From contig PRDJ01000061.1 of the NCBI GenBank assembly GCA_003345555.1, positions 1,387 to 33,386 on the forward strand: a stretch of DNA of 32,000 nt. The letters are read 5' to 3'. The position numbers and the translations under genes were made by a program. This document shows positions 1 through 8,404 of the stretch, piece by piece. Origin of the DNA: Candidatus Thorarchaeota archaeon. Lineage in GTDB: Archaea > Asgardarchaeota > Thorarchaeia > Thorarchaeales > Thorarchaeaceae. The notes beneath the pieces are model-generated. The model ran no database searches and was not told where the DNA came from. It saw only the letters and a list, made by a program, of their open reading frames with translations. Numbering within the stretch: the stretch's first letter is position 1; the number at the start of each line of letters is the position of its first letter.

Positions 1-2
1 CA

Positions 3-1937
3 TTACGAGAACCCAAGAAGCACGAGCCCATAGTGCACGATTCCACCAAGCACGATAGCGAGCGACACTTCAACGAAGCTAATCATTGCGGCTCGCTTCA
101 AGCCGAACTCCTTAGCTAGGACCGCGATCGTCGCAATGCACGGAATGTAGATCATGACCACGAATGCAAACACAAACATCTGCACGGGTGTCATGACCAA
201 AGCGAAGTTCGTCGTCCCCATTAGCGACGCGAGAAGAATCATCGTCATTTCCTTTCGCAGGATACCGAATATGAGAACGATTCCTGTCACTGCTGGTAAG
301 CCTAACCACAGGACGGTCACTGGACTCATGGCTAATTGGACAATCGAGAGCAGCCCCACTACATTGCTAAGTTGAATCAAGAAGTTGCCGACGATAATCA
401 GAGGAAAGGCAGTGTAAACGAATTCCTTCAGATTGACCCAAGCCTTCTTCATTGTCTTGTCCAGACTGGGCCTCCGATAACGGGGCATCTCCATAACAAG
501 ACCAGTTGGCTCTCCGGGAAGCACCTTGAATGCTAGGCGGCTGAGAGCGAATATGATGATGAAGTCAATGATGTACAGAACCGCAGCCCATCCGAATCCT
601 ACGTAGACGGCGACCATCCCCATGATGACGATGCTTCTCGCGGTACAAGGAACGAGGCTCGTTGCGAAAGCACATATCAAACGCTCACGTCCCGTTTCCA
701 TGATTCGACATCCAAGGCAAGCGGGGACATTGCAGCCAAAGCCAAGCATCAGGGGGATGAAACCCTTGCCGTGAAAACCAATCTTGTGCATCGCTGAATC
801 CATTAGAAATGCTATCCTTGCAAGGTAGCCTGTGTCTTCAAGAATCGACAGTGCGATAATGAAAGGTACTATGTACGGAATCGCAACGGTCGTACCTGCA
901 ACCACCCCTTCGATTAGCCCGGCCCAGATGAACCCTGCAAAATCACCGGGAAATGAAGAATAGTAGGCAGACTTGATCTGCAGGAATCCTTGGTCTAAGA
1001 GTGAAGAAATATGTTCACCCAGAAAGAAGACGCTGTAGAACATGAAGACGATGACGAGTACCATCATCACATAGCCAATCGCGGAGTGCAGGGCGAGGCG
1101 ATCCACGCGTTCTCCGAACGTCTGCTTACGGACATCGTGAGCGGTAACGTCGGAGGAGACTCTGTGAGCAATCGTATAGAGCTCAGAGGCTAGGGCACTC
1201 CCTGCATCTTCGCCCGTGACATTCTCGATCTCACTTCTGAGCCTCTGCACAACAGCTTCAATCTCCGGTTTCTCTTTGTAAACCAAAGCCTCGATTCCAT
1301 TATCACCCTCAAGAAGTCTGAGTGCGGCCCACCTCTTCGGAAAGGAAAGATTCACTGCTTCGAGCGTGTCGGCCAGCTGACGGACTCTGCTCTCGAGATC
1401 TGAGCTATACTTGATGGGACTGGACCGTTGATATCGACCAAGCGAAACTCGTATGACCTCATCCATAAGACTCTGAAGACCGAAATTCCTAGTACCTACA
1501 GTTGGAACGACCGGCACTCCCAAAATTCGTGCGAGGCGTTCCGAGTCTATATTGAGACCTTTGCGCTCAGCAACATCCACTTGGTTCAGCGCGACGACCA
1601 TGTGCGGCTGGAGTTCGAGGAGTTCTAGTGTCAGGAATAGGTTTCTCTCTAAAGCAGCAGCGTCAACAACATTGATTAGAACATCAGGTGCGGACGATGT
1701 TATGTACTCGCGGCTTATGGACTCGTCAGTTGAATAGGCTGTAAGACCATAAGTGCCAGGCAGGTCCACAATGTCGAGAACGCGACCGCAAAAGGCCAAC
1801 GTGCCCTCTGCCTTTTCGACAGTCTTGCCGGGCCAATTACTGACATGTTGATGGAGACCAGTCAACTGGTTGAATATCGCGCTCTTACCGACATTGGCAT
1901 TTCCAATCAATGCGATTGTCAGATGCTGGCTGGTCAT
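3..1937 (-). CDS. feoB: Ferrous iron transport protein B (G-domain plus membrane domain), about 644 aa, complete
   Basis: G1 GNANVGKS, G2 NWPGKTVE, G3 DLPGTY, G4 NQVD; membrane motifs EDTGYLARIAF, GFGCNVPA, EMPRYRRP, PCIAT. ATG at 1937 overlaps the upstream stop (ATGA) and is preferred over 1955. Stop TAA at 3-5. Confidence 0.96.
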   Translation of the reverse strand: MTSQHLTIALIGNANVGKSAIFNQLTGLHQHVSNWPGKTVEKAEGTLAFCGRVLDIVDLPGTYGLTAYSTDESISREYITSSAPDVLINVVDAAALERNLFLTLELLELQPHMVVALNQVDVAERKGLNIDSERLARILGVPVVPTVGTRNFGLQSLMDEVIRVSLGRYQRSSPIKYSSDLESRVRQLADTLEAVNLSFPKRWAALRLLEGDNGIEALVYKEKPEIEAVVQRLRSEIENVTGEDAGSALASELYTIAHRVSSDVTAHDVRKQTFGERVDRLALHSAIGYVMMVLVIVFMFYSVFFLGEHISSLLDQGFLQIKSAYYSSFPGDFAGFIWAGLIEGVVAGTTVAIPYIVPFIIALSILEDTGYLARIAFLMDSAMHKIGFHGKGFIPLMLGFGCNVPACLGCRIMETGRERLICAFATSLVPCTARSIVIMGMVAVYVGFGWAAVLYIIDFIIIFALSRLAFKVLPGEPTGLVMEMPRYRRPSLDKTMKKAWVNLKEFVYTAFPLIIVGNFLIQLSNVVGLLSIVQLAMSPVTVLWLGLPAVTGIVLIFGILRKEMTMILLASLMGTTNFALVMTPVQMFVFAFVVMIYIPCIATIAVLAKEFGLKRAAMISFVEVSLAIVLGGIVHYGLVLLGFS

Positions 1938-2704
1938 TGTGCATGCCCTCTCCACCTTCTGCCCGAATGCGGACCTGGAGGAGCACCATGCCTTGGCGCC
2001 TTACCCTCGCTAATCTCGACGAATACGAAGGACGCAAGCCCTCTTCCAAGAGCAAGTCTCGTGTCCCTAACCGCAATCTCAACAGGTCCTTTGAAAGGCG
2101 CGACGTTTACTACCCTTAATCGTGTGCCTTGCGTGAGTCCCATGTCAAGAAGACGCTTGTACGCTCCATTTCCTGCCCTCACAAATGCAACGACAGCTTC
2201 CTCACCAGTCCTCAGGTTCGACAGCTGAGTCACGAGCCGTGGGCGATCGTTTGCCTTTTTCCTTGCGGCTACACAGTCATCGCAGTCCTTGACTTCGAGG
2301 GAACACGGTGGAATGGGGTTGTGATCGTCAGGACATGTTGCGGGTTGGTCGAGAGCTCGACACATGGCGTCCGCAACATCATCAGAAAGGCTGTGCTCAA
2401 GTCGGCAAGCTTCAGCATGTACCTTTTCACGCTTGAGGCCCAAGGAGTCATGCAAGTAGCGTTCCAAGAGCCTATGCTTTCTTACGATCCTCTCAGCGTA
2501 GGCCATGCCCTTGCCCGTCAGCGTTGCACCCTTGTATGGCTCGTACTCGACGAGACCGTCTTCTGCTAATCGCTTGAGCATCTCAGTAACGCTAGGAGGA
2601 GAGACAGCCAGCTTCTCAGCGAGCTCTGTGGTTTTTGCTGGCTCGCCCGTCTCATTGAAGGCATGAATCGCCTCAAGATACTCTTGGACGCTGTCGGTGC
2701 TCAT
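1934..2704 (-). CDS. dtxR: DtxR/MntR-family metal-dependent repressor with C-terminal FeoA (SH3-like) domain
   Basis: N-terminal wHTH (EYLEAI...LAEKLAVSPPSVTEMLKRL...YEPYKG), dimerisation/metal site RKHRLLE...EACRLEH, CPxxxNPIP linker, FeoA signature RLLDMGLTQG...APFKGPVEI...LALGRGLA; translationally coupled to feoB. Confidence 0.93.
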   Translation of the reverse strand: MSTDSVQEYLEAIHAFNETGEPAKTTELAEKLAVSPPSVTEMLKRLAEDGLVEYEPYKGATLTGKGMAYAERIVRKHRLLERYLHDSLGLKREKVHAEACRLEHSLSDDVADAMCRALDQPATCPDDHNPIPPCSLEVKDCDDCVAARKKANDRPRLVTQLSNLRTGEEAVVAFVRAGNGAYKRLLDMGLTQGTRLRVVNVAPFKGPVEIAVRDTRLALGRGLASFVFVEISEGKAPRHGAPPGPHSGRRWRGHAQ

Positions 2705-2717
2705 GTTTCGTCATGAT

Positions 2718-2731
2718 TTAGGTGGCCCTAA
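2718..2731. promoter_or_regulatory. DtxR/SirR-type operator 1 (TTAGGTGGCCCTAA)
   Basis: TTAGG-N4-CCTAA inverted repeat starting 14 bp upstream of the regulator ATG. It matches the known SirR/MntR-type box architecture. Confidence 0.8.
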
Positions 2732-2733
2732 CT

Positions 2734-2741
2734 TATTTATA
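2734..2741 (-). promoter_or_regulatory. TATA box of the dtxR-feoB operon (TATAAATA)
   Basis: Minus-strand TATAAATA about 30 nt upstream of ATG 2704, between the two operators. Confidence 0.7.
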
Positions 2742-2746
2742 GATAT

Positions 2747-2760
2747 TTAGGTCGACCTAA
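2747..2760. promoter_or_regulatory. DtxR/SirR-type operator 2 (TTAGGTCGACCTAA, perfect palindrome)
   Basis: Perfect 14-bp palindrome with AT-rich flanks, just upstream of the TATA box on the minus strand. Confidence 0.82.
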
Positions 2761-2992
2761 TTTCTCCTACGGACATGAATTCAGATGGATTTCGGACATG
2801 GGTTCATCGGGAAAAATGACATCGCGAGACAATCTCTCTTCGTCGGCTTGTGATTCCGTGATCTCAATCAGGAGAATGCCCTCCGATATTGCTCCTGATA
2901 CCAACTACTCAGCATTGGGTATTCTTGGGTCGCATGAGTTAAGAGCAGGAGTGTGGATGATTTGCATTCGCGTAGGGGATGGAGACTCGTAC

Positions 2993-3649
2993 ATGAATGG
3001 AGAGCTCGGCTTCGAGACAAGCCTCGCCGAATCCAGAACCGTGAGACTGGCCTTAGCCCTTGGCATCATTGGAGCCCTCCTCGGTCTTTGCATCGTCTTT
3101 CTTCAGATACTTCAAGTCGAAGTTGTTGCAGAGAGAGGATATGCGACGCTCCAATATATGGCCAGAGTGTCAAACGTCATTGGAATGGCCTCTGGGGCAT
3201 TCATGACTGCCGCGTTTGTTGGAGTGATGAGGAAGCATCTGAGTCCCCTCGGGTTCCTGTTCGTGGCTGTGTATGCTATCCAATGGATTGTACACTATGC
3301 CTTCCAGTACCTGTTGTCGCTCTTGTTCTCATTGGGACTGGTCAACGTGTACCCTTTCCTGTCGGCAATGACATCCACTTTCCTAATCTCGGTCTTGAGC
3401 TATGCACTCTGGACAATAAGAGCAGTTGCAGCAAACAAGACTTCGTTACTAGCCATCGTAGTACTACGGCCCCTGATACCATGGGGCTTCCTGATTTACT
3501 ACGTGTACTGGGTGCCCGGTCTAGCGGAATTGGCGGGTTGGATTGGGTACGCCTTCTACTATATCCCATCCATAGTCATGTCGTTTCTTCTTGGGCTTGC
3601 ATATCTCGTATTCTTCCTGAAAGAGTACCTTCAGTGGCAGGTTATCTAA
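2993..3649 (+). CDS. Hypothetical multi-pass membrane protein (about 6 TM, 218 aa)
   Basis: Open frame with about six hydrophobic segments. ATG 2993 is preceded by GGAG; the 2798 start adds a non-hydrophobic, unconvincing leader. Confidence 0.7.
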   Translation: MNGELGFETSLAESRTVRLALALGIIGALLGLCIVFLQILQVEVVAERGYATLQYMARVSNVIGMASGAFMTAAFVGVMRKHLSPLGFLFVAVYAIQWIVHYAFQYLLSLLFSLGLVNVYPFLSAMTSTFLISVLSYALWTIRAVAANKTSLLAIVVLRPLIPWGFLIYYVYWVPGLAELAGWIGYAFYYIPSIVMSFLLGLAYLVFFLKEYLQWQVI

Positions 3650-3668
3650 TGCTGCCACCGAGGAGACG

Positions 3669-4340
3669 TCACTTCATCATGCGCCATGTCTTGTCAAGTG
3701 GATACTGAATCAGCCCAAGGAAACCCATGTGCGCCTTGACCTTGGACAACTGCTCATCCGAAATAACTACGTTGTTGTACTCTCTCAGGTACTTCTTGAG
3801 CTCGAGAGTGCTCATCTCCTTTATCTTCTCACCTTGGAATATCTTAGTAATGAGGGCCGTCAAGTCCTCGTAGAAATTCCACGGCCATATCTCCCAAGCC
3901 CACGCAACTTCAACGCCGAAGTAGTCAGGTACGAACTTAGAACCAGCAATGTGCATCAAAGTAGCTGACTTCACTTCGGACGCGCGCCCTTGTTCCTTCA
4001 CATGGTTCACAGCCAGAGTGAGACTCTCTCCGGTGTCAGTGATGTCATCGACAACCAAGACCTTCTTGCCCTTCACATCGCCGCTCAGCGGGCATGAAAT
4101 CCTAGCCTTTCCGTCCTTTGTGGCGGTGACACCCCAGTGATCCACCTTGATGCTGTAGAGCTCTTTGACGCCGAGCAGGTCACACTCTATCCGGGCATGA
4201 ACCCATCCACCTCGTGCAATACCGACGATTGCTTGCGGCCTCCACCCCGAATCTCTGACCTTCATCGCAGTCTGGTATGCGTATTGATAGATATCATCAA
4301 AATCAAGAATGTAGCAGAGAGGTCCCTTGAGTTCTACCAT
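3669..4340 (-). CDS. Type I phosphoribosyltransferase (purine PRT-like, archaeal) with C-terminal helical extension
   Basis: IVGIARGGW, PRPP loop VLVVDDITDTGESL, PDYF...W..WPW. ATG 4340 is preferred over TTG 4481. Confidence 0.9.
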   Translation of the reverse strand: MVELKGPLCYILDFDDIYQYAYQTAMKVRDSGWRPQAIVGIARGGWVHARIECDLLGVKELYSIKVDHWGVTATKDGKARISCPLSGDVKGKKVLVVDDITDTGESLTLAVNHVKEQGRASEVKSATLMHIAGSKFVPDYFGVEVAWAWEIWPWNFYEDLTALITKIFQGEKIKEMSTLELKKYLREYNNVVISDEQLSKVKAHMGFLGLIQYPLDKTWRMMK

Positions 4341-4524
4341 CGCGGCAACCCGTCTTTCAGCCGGAGCTGCGTTACTTAAAGGTTTGTTCTTAGCACCGCT
4401 CTCGAGCGGATCTCGATTCCGACAGGGAACCGATTTGAGTGTTGCAGCAACAGACTTTGTCTTGGCCTGCGCACTAATCAACCGACCTTACGACAACTCG
4501 ATGAATCAATAGTGCATTGAATAC

Positions 4525-4980
4525 CTACTCGAACCCACTGACCGTCACTTGTCCTACAGGTCTGCTCCCGCCTCTGACCTCAGACACTCTAGCTGCAAAC
4601 CCACCAACAAGCGCCCCCAGAAACCATGCGTAATATGAGACAATGCCCAGCTGACCGTAAGCAACCAGGTTCAGCCCGACAGCGACACCAATAGTTTCCC
4701 AGACCACAACGTCTGCCACAAATGATAACAAGACAAAGATGACACCTGCGATGATCCCTTTCACAAGAGCACATACCTGGAATCTAAGTGTACATCCGCC
4801 GCCAACGAGGTTCCTATATGTCGTGACCGCAACGACAATCGGCAACCCTGCAAGCAAAATCATGGTGAATGGTTCCTGACGGAGGACAATCGACGCCACA
4901 TAACCGAGGATTGTGACTATCGGATAAAGCACCAACCAGGAAATTGGAATCCAAGACCAAGTATTAGGGGTGTGAGTCAT
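4525..4980 (-). CDS. Hypothetical membrane protein (about 4 TM)
   Basis: Four hydrophobic helices ending in GALVGGFAA. Start is ATG 4980 or TTG 5043. Confidence 0.65.
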   Translation of the reverse strand: MTHTPNTWSWIPISWLVLYPIVTILGYVASIVLRQEPFTMILLAGLPIVVAVTTYRNLVGGGCTLRFQVCALVKGIIAGVIFVLLSFVADVVVWETIGVAVGLNLVAYGQLGIVSYYAWFLGALVGGFAARVSEVRGGSRPVGQVTVSGFE

Positions 4981-5058
4981 CTGCAATGTTGTCGCCCCTC
5001 GATTCACAAAAGCAGAGCAAATCACCTCTTCGGTATGACACAATGAATATCGCGACAG

Positions 5059-5907
5059 TTACACCTTCAGTTCCCATAGAATTGAATCAACCCTGCCCGG
5101 CGTGTATCGAACACGCACGGTGACTCCCTCGCCGCTCACAACTTTCGTCGGAGTCTCAATTGGAAGGAAGATATCCCTCCATCCGTCTTCCATGTGGAGC
5201 GCGATATCGTCAAGGAGCTTAGCCTTGAAGAATCCCACGAGACCATGCAGAGTCCCTTGCTCGGATATGTCAAAGCTTAGTTCACGGTCTACTGTCTGCG
5301 GCGATCTATGACTGCCAAAATCAAACGATACGAGATGTCTTGCAGCCGCCAAGTCTTTGAAATCGTCGAGACCGACAGTCTGCGGTACGCGCGGAAAGTG
5401 GAGCTCGGGAAGCTCGAACCTGCCCCAAGCTGCGGGACTTTCAACGGGAACGATCCATACTTCAGCACTCTCCGGAATCAATCTGCCTCCTTTCTTGAGA
5501 AGATGCTTCAGAGCATGAGAACACGCTGGCACCTGCTGCTCAATGAGCATCATCGATGAAAGCATCTCACATACGACGAGGTCGGCTCGCTCTGTCGGGC
5601 GGAAGTCTGAAAAGTGTCCAACGAAGAACTCAACCCTGTCTTCGAGGCCATTCATTGATGCGGCTTTCCTAGCGTAGTCGATACATTCTGGGCTGATATC
5701 GACAGCGGTTACCTTTCTGGCTCCGGCCCTCGCTGCTAGGAACGAAAGAACCCCCGATCCCGTCCCGAGGTCAATGACGTAGCTGTTAGGCGTCACCAGC
5801 TGTTTCAGCGCCTCATCGAACTTGTGAATTCGCGACCTATGATCTAGGAGACTTGCAGCATGGAGTACCGGAAAAGGAGTTGCATACTTGCTCTTTGGCA
5901 TCGCCAT
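5059..5907 (-). CDS. SAM-dependent methyltransferase with protein arginine methyltransferase (PRMT)-like fold
   Basis: Motif I VIDLGTGSGVLSFLAARAGA, post-I VTAVD, double-E loop CEMLSSMMLIE, LLKKGGRLIP, barrel strand HGLVGFF, THW-loop equivalent DGWRDIFLP. Confidence 0.88.
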   Translation of the reverse strand: MAMPKSKYATPFPVLHAASLLDHRSRIHKFDEALKQLVTPNSYVIDLGTGSGVLSFLAARAGARKVTAVDISPECIDYARKAASMNGLEDRVEFFVGHFSDFRPTERADLVVCEMLSSMMLIEQQVPACSHALKHLLKKGGRLIPESAEVWIVPVESPAAWGRFELPELHFPRVPQTVGLDDFKDLAAARHLVSFDFGSHRSPQTVDRELSFDISEQGTLHGLVGFFKAKLLDDIALHMEDGWRDIFLPIETPTKVVSGEGVTVRVRYTPGRVDSILWELKV

Positions 5908-6046
5908 TCATGAGTAATGCTGACAATATAACAAAGCTCCTCTCGCATACTTGAGGGGTCGCTGCAAGAAAGCACGATTTTGGCACAGGGGTCTTGAACC
6001 GCACTGCCGATTTGTGAGTCTCATACTGCCATATAGTGAGATACTT

Positions 6047-7300
6047 ATGGCGTCCGTCCAAGACGACACTGCAGCCTTTGACGGCTATTTGCCAGTATTC
6101 ACGGGTCTTTCCGAACCGACTAACAGAGGAAATGAATCGTTGATACATGCGAGCTTGAAGGATGCGGCGAGGGCACTTGAGGAAGGACGCGCAAAAGACG
6201 CAGTCTCCATCCTTGAACGAATCCTTGATTCAGACGGAGAGGATGCTGACATCCTTGTTTGCCTCGGCATGGCTCATCTTCAGTGCGGGGACCCTGCGAA
6301 GGCAGTGGAGGTTCTAAGGAAGGCAGAGAGCCTAGCAGATGACCACACTGTTCTTGCTCTTGTGATGGGGCGTGCTCTGAAAGCCTTGGGCGAGTTCGAC
6401 GAGGCGGAGAAGTATCTGAGGCTGGCTGTGCAACTCGATCCCGAAGAGCCAGAGGCATGGACCGACCTTTGCAAGGTTCTTTATGTCAAGACGAGATACG
6501 CAGAGGCATGCGACCAGCTGCGTCGTGCAGTATCTCGCTTCCCGCAGGATAGGAAACTCCTAGGATTGTACGCGATGTCTCTTCACAGACTCGGCGACTA
6601 CGGAGGGGCCGCTGAAATCTGGGAGAAGATAGAACGGCTGCAGCCCCAGTCTATTGTTGCAGTGTCGAACCATGCATATGCACTGCTACTTCAAGGAAGG
6701 GTCAGCGAAGCCGAGCACCTCATCGAGAAAGCCCTACAGATAGACCCGGATAACTACCGGACTCTAATCGTGCTTGGTGAGACTAAGTTTAGGCAGGACC
6801 GTGCCGAAGAGGCGGTTTCCATCTTCTCGAGCGTTCTACAGCTCGAGCCCAACAATGCAGAAGCTCTAGGGAGGCTTGCCGTACTAGCACAGCGTTGTCG
6901 CGACGAGGATGGCTGCGAATCCTATCTACAGAGGCTCAAGTCTAGTCTTGCAGAGAATCCTGAGTCTTGGCGCTATTTCCACGAGACTTACAGGCTGCTG
7001 GGTCGGACTCGTGAGCTGATCGATTGCCTACTCAAGGGAGCAAGAGATGATTCTGGTGCGGCTGCTGTGTGGGTAACACTCGCAGCAGAATATCAAATTC
7101 GGGGGGAATCCAAGCTTGCTGAGGACGCGTGGATGATCTCCATCAGGCTCAGAGGATACGTGAAGGCCCATTGTCCAAAGTGCCAGTACAACTTCCGAAT
7201 CAAATACGAAGAGAACGAATCCTTCGACATCAGCAATAGCCTGACTTGCCCGGCCTGCTTTGAGACTGTACCAATGCCTGAGGGACTTGCTCTTTATTAG
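6047..7300 (+). CDS. Tetratricopeptide-repeat protein (about 9-10 TPRs) with C-terminal CxxC-x21-CxxC zinc ribbon
   Basis: Repeated 34-aa TPR pattern (e.g. LGMAHLQCGDPAKAVEVLRKA, AVQLDPEEPEAW, ALQIDPDNYRTLIVLG); C-terminal CPKC...CPAC. ATG 6047 is preferred. Confidence 0.9.
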   Translation: MASVQDDTAAFDGYLPVFTGLSEPTNRGNESLIHASLKDAARALEEGRAKDAVSILERILDSDGEDADILVCLGMAHLQCGDPAKAVEVLRKAESLADDHTVLALVMGRALKALGEFDEAEKYLRLAVQLDPEEPEAWTDLCKVLYVKTRYAEACDQLRRAVSRFPQDRKLLGLYAMSLHRLGDYGGAAEIWEKIERLQPQSIVAVSNHAYALLLQGRVSEAEHLIEKALQIDPDNYRTLIVLGETKFRQDRAEEAVSIFSSVLQLEPNNAEALGRLAVLAQRCRDEDGCESYLQRLKSSLAENPESWRYFHETYRLLGRTRELIDCLLKGARDDSGAAAVWVTLAAEYQIRGESKLAEDAWMISIRLRGYVKAHCPKCQYNFRIKYEENESFDISNSLTCPACFETVPMPEGLALY

Positions 7301-7323
7301 AGCGTTGACCCATCTACTGAGAG

Positions 7324-7818
7324 ATGGCGAGCCGTAAATATCCAAAGTACCCGATTCCATCAGTGGGCGGGGTAGTCGTCGGACGAAACGGTATACTCTT
7401 GGTACGAAGAGACAAAGAGCCCGGGAAAGGCAGCTGGAGCGTTCCCGGAGGCGCAATCGAGTTGGGGGAGGATCAAGAACGTGCCCTTGTCAGAGAGATT
7501 AGAGAAGAGACCGGCGTTCTGTCCAAGGTGATTCAGCTGTTGGGCACGGCGGACGTTGTGATTCGAGATTCGAAAGGAAAAGTCGAATATCATTACGTCA
7601 TAAATCATTACTTGGTCAGAGCGCTTACTGACGACACCCGGCCTGAAAGTGCCGAGGCCGAAGTCAGATGGTTCAAGTTTGAAAATCTGCCGAAGACCGA
7701 CATGAATCCGAGAGTCTACCAGCTCCTCGAACGAAACAAGGAGAAGATTGTCCTTCTGGCAGCCGGAACAGAAAGCAGCAAGCAATGGAGACTGGACACG
7801 CCCGGACACGGAAAATAA
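7324..7818 (+). CDS. NUDIX hydrolase (ADP-ribose pyrophosphatase-like)
   Basis: Nudix box GGAIELGEDQERALVREIREETG; YPxxPIPSVGGVV and WSVPGG motifs. Confidence 0.93.
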   Translation: MASRKYPKYPIPSVGGVVVGRNGILLVRRDKEPGKGSWSVPGGAIELGEDQERALVREIREETGVLSKVIQLLGTADVVIRDSKGKVEYHYVINHYLVRALTDDTRPESAEAEVRWFKFENLPKTDMNPRVYQLLERNKEKIVLLAAGTESSKQWRLDTPGHGK

Positions 7819-7905
7819 AGTATATCGCCAAGAAGTATAAAAGGAAAAGGAATCGTGTTAGAAGTGGCAGAACTCTGTAGCATCTTAAGGAAGTGTTCGT
7901 AGCCG

Positions 7906-8367
7906 ATGTTCAGAACAATAATCTCACTGTTAATATGCCTCCTTGTGGCTGTCGTAATTGGTGCATTCCAGATTCTGGGCCTAACGGTAGCTCAGATACA
8001 GGCACTACTAGGCTCTGGGTCTATAACCAGCGGTCTTCTGGCCTGGGGAGCTTTGCTCTTTGCACAGCTGATATTTCCGTACTCCGCCGCCTTGAGTGGC
8101 GTCTACGGACCTCTGGTTGCGCTTGGTGTTGCGGGATTTGTGGCAGGACTCATATCGAAGAGCGGTGTCAGGATGTTCTTCGTTTCCATCATCTCGATCG
8201 TCCTGTTCTTCCTGGGTTTCGCTCTGCTGAGCATGGGTCTGACCATCTCAGACTATTCCGCGATGTGGGGCATAATCCAGTCAATCGCAATAGACCTTGG
8301 CGCATCTTTCGCTCTGATCTTCATTCCAGGAGTCATTGGCGCAAGCCTGACAGCCGAGGAATATTAA
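7906..8367 (+). CDS. Hypothetical membrane protein (about 4 TM, 153 aa)
   Basis: Strongly hydrophobic ORF with glycine-zipper-like GVAGFVAGL; ATG start and TAA stop. Confidence 0.78.
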   Translation: MFRTIISLLICLLVAVVIGAFQILGLTVAQIQALLGSGSITSGLLAWGALLFAQLIFPYSAALSGVYGPLVALGVAGFVAGLISKSGVRMFFVSIISIVLFFLGFALLSMGLTISDYSAMWGIIQSIAIDLGASFALIFIPGVIGASLTAEEY

Positions 8368-8385
8368 ATCAACTAGAACTCTCGT

Positions 8386-8404
8386 AGGGGGTATCTTACC
8401 CCCT
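8386..8404. terminator. Hairpin between convergent genes (AGGGGGTA-TCT-TACCCCCT)
   Basis: Perfect 8-bp inverted repeat overlapping the stop of the DHH gene, between convergent ORFs. Confidence 0.4.

Noticed and set aside
2673-2714. Out-of-frame 13-codon uORF from ATG 2714 (minus strand) overlapping the dtxR start
   Set aside because: The ATG probably lies at or upstream of the expected transcription start, so it may not be in the mRNA; no supporting evidence.
2769-2800. CGGACATG direct repeat (2 copies)
   Set aside because: Only 8 bp and two copies, expected by chance; no CRISPR-like periodicity.
2953-3708. 251-aa alternative-frame ORF
   Set aside because: Same-strand shadow of the membrane protein; Arg/Ser/Cys-rich composition, no motifs.
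4341-4481. 47-aa N-terminal extension of the PRTase from TTG 4481
   Set aside because: Not part of the PRT fold; ATG 4340 gives the usual length, so the region is treated as intergenic.
7893-8387. 164-aa alternative-frame ORF
   Set aside because: Shadow of the 153-aa membrane gene, which has coherent TM helices.
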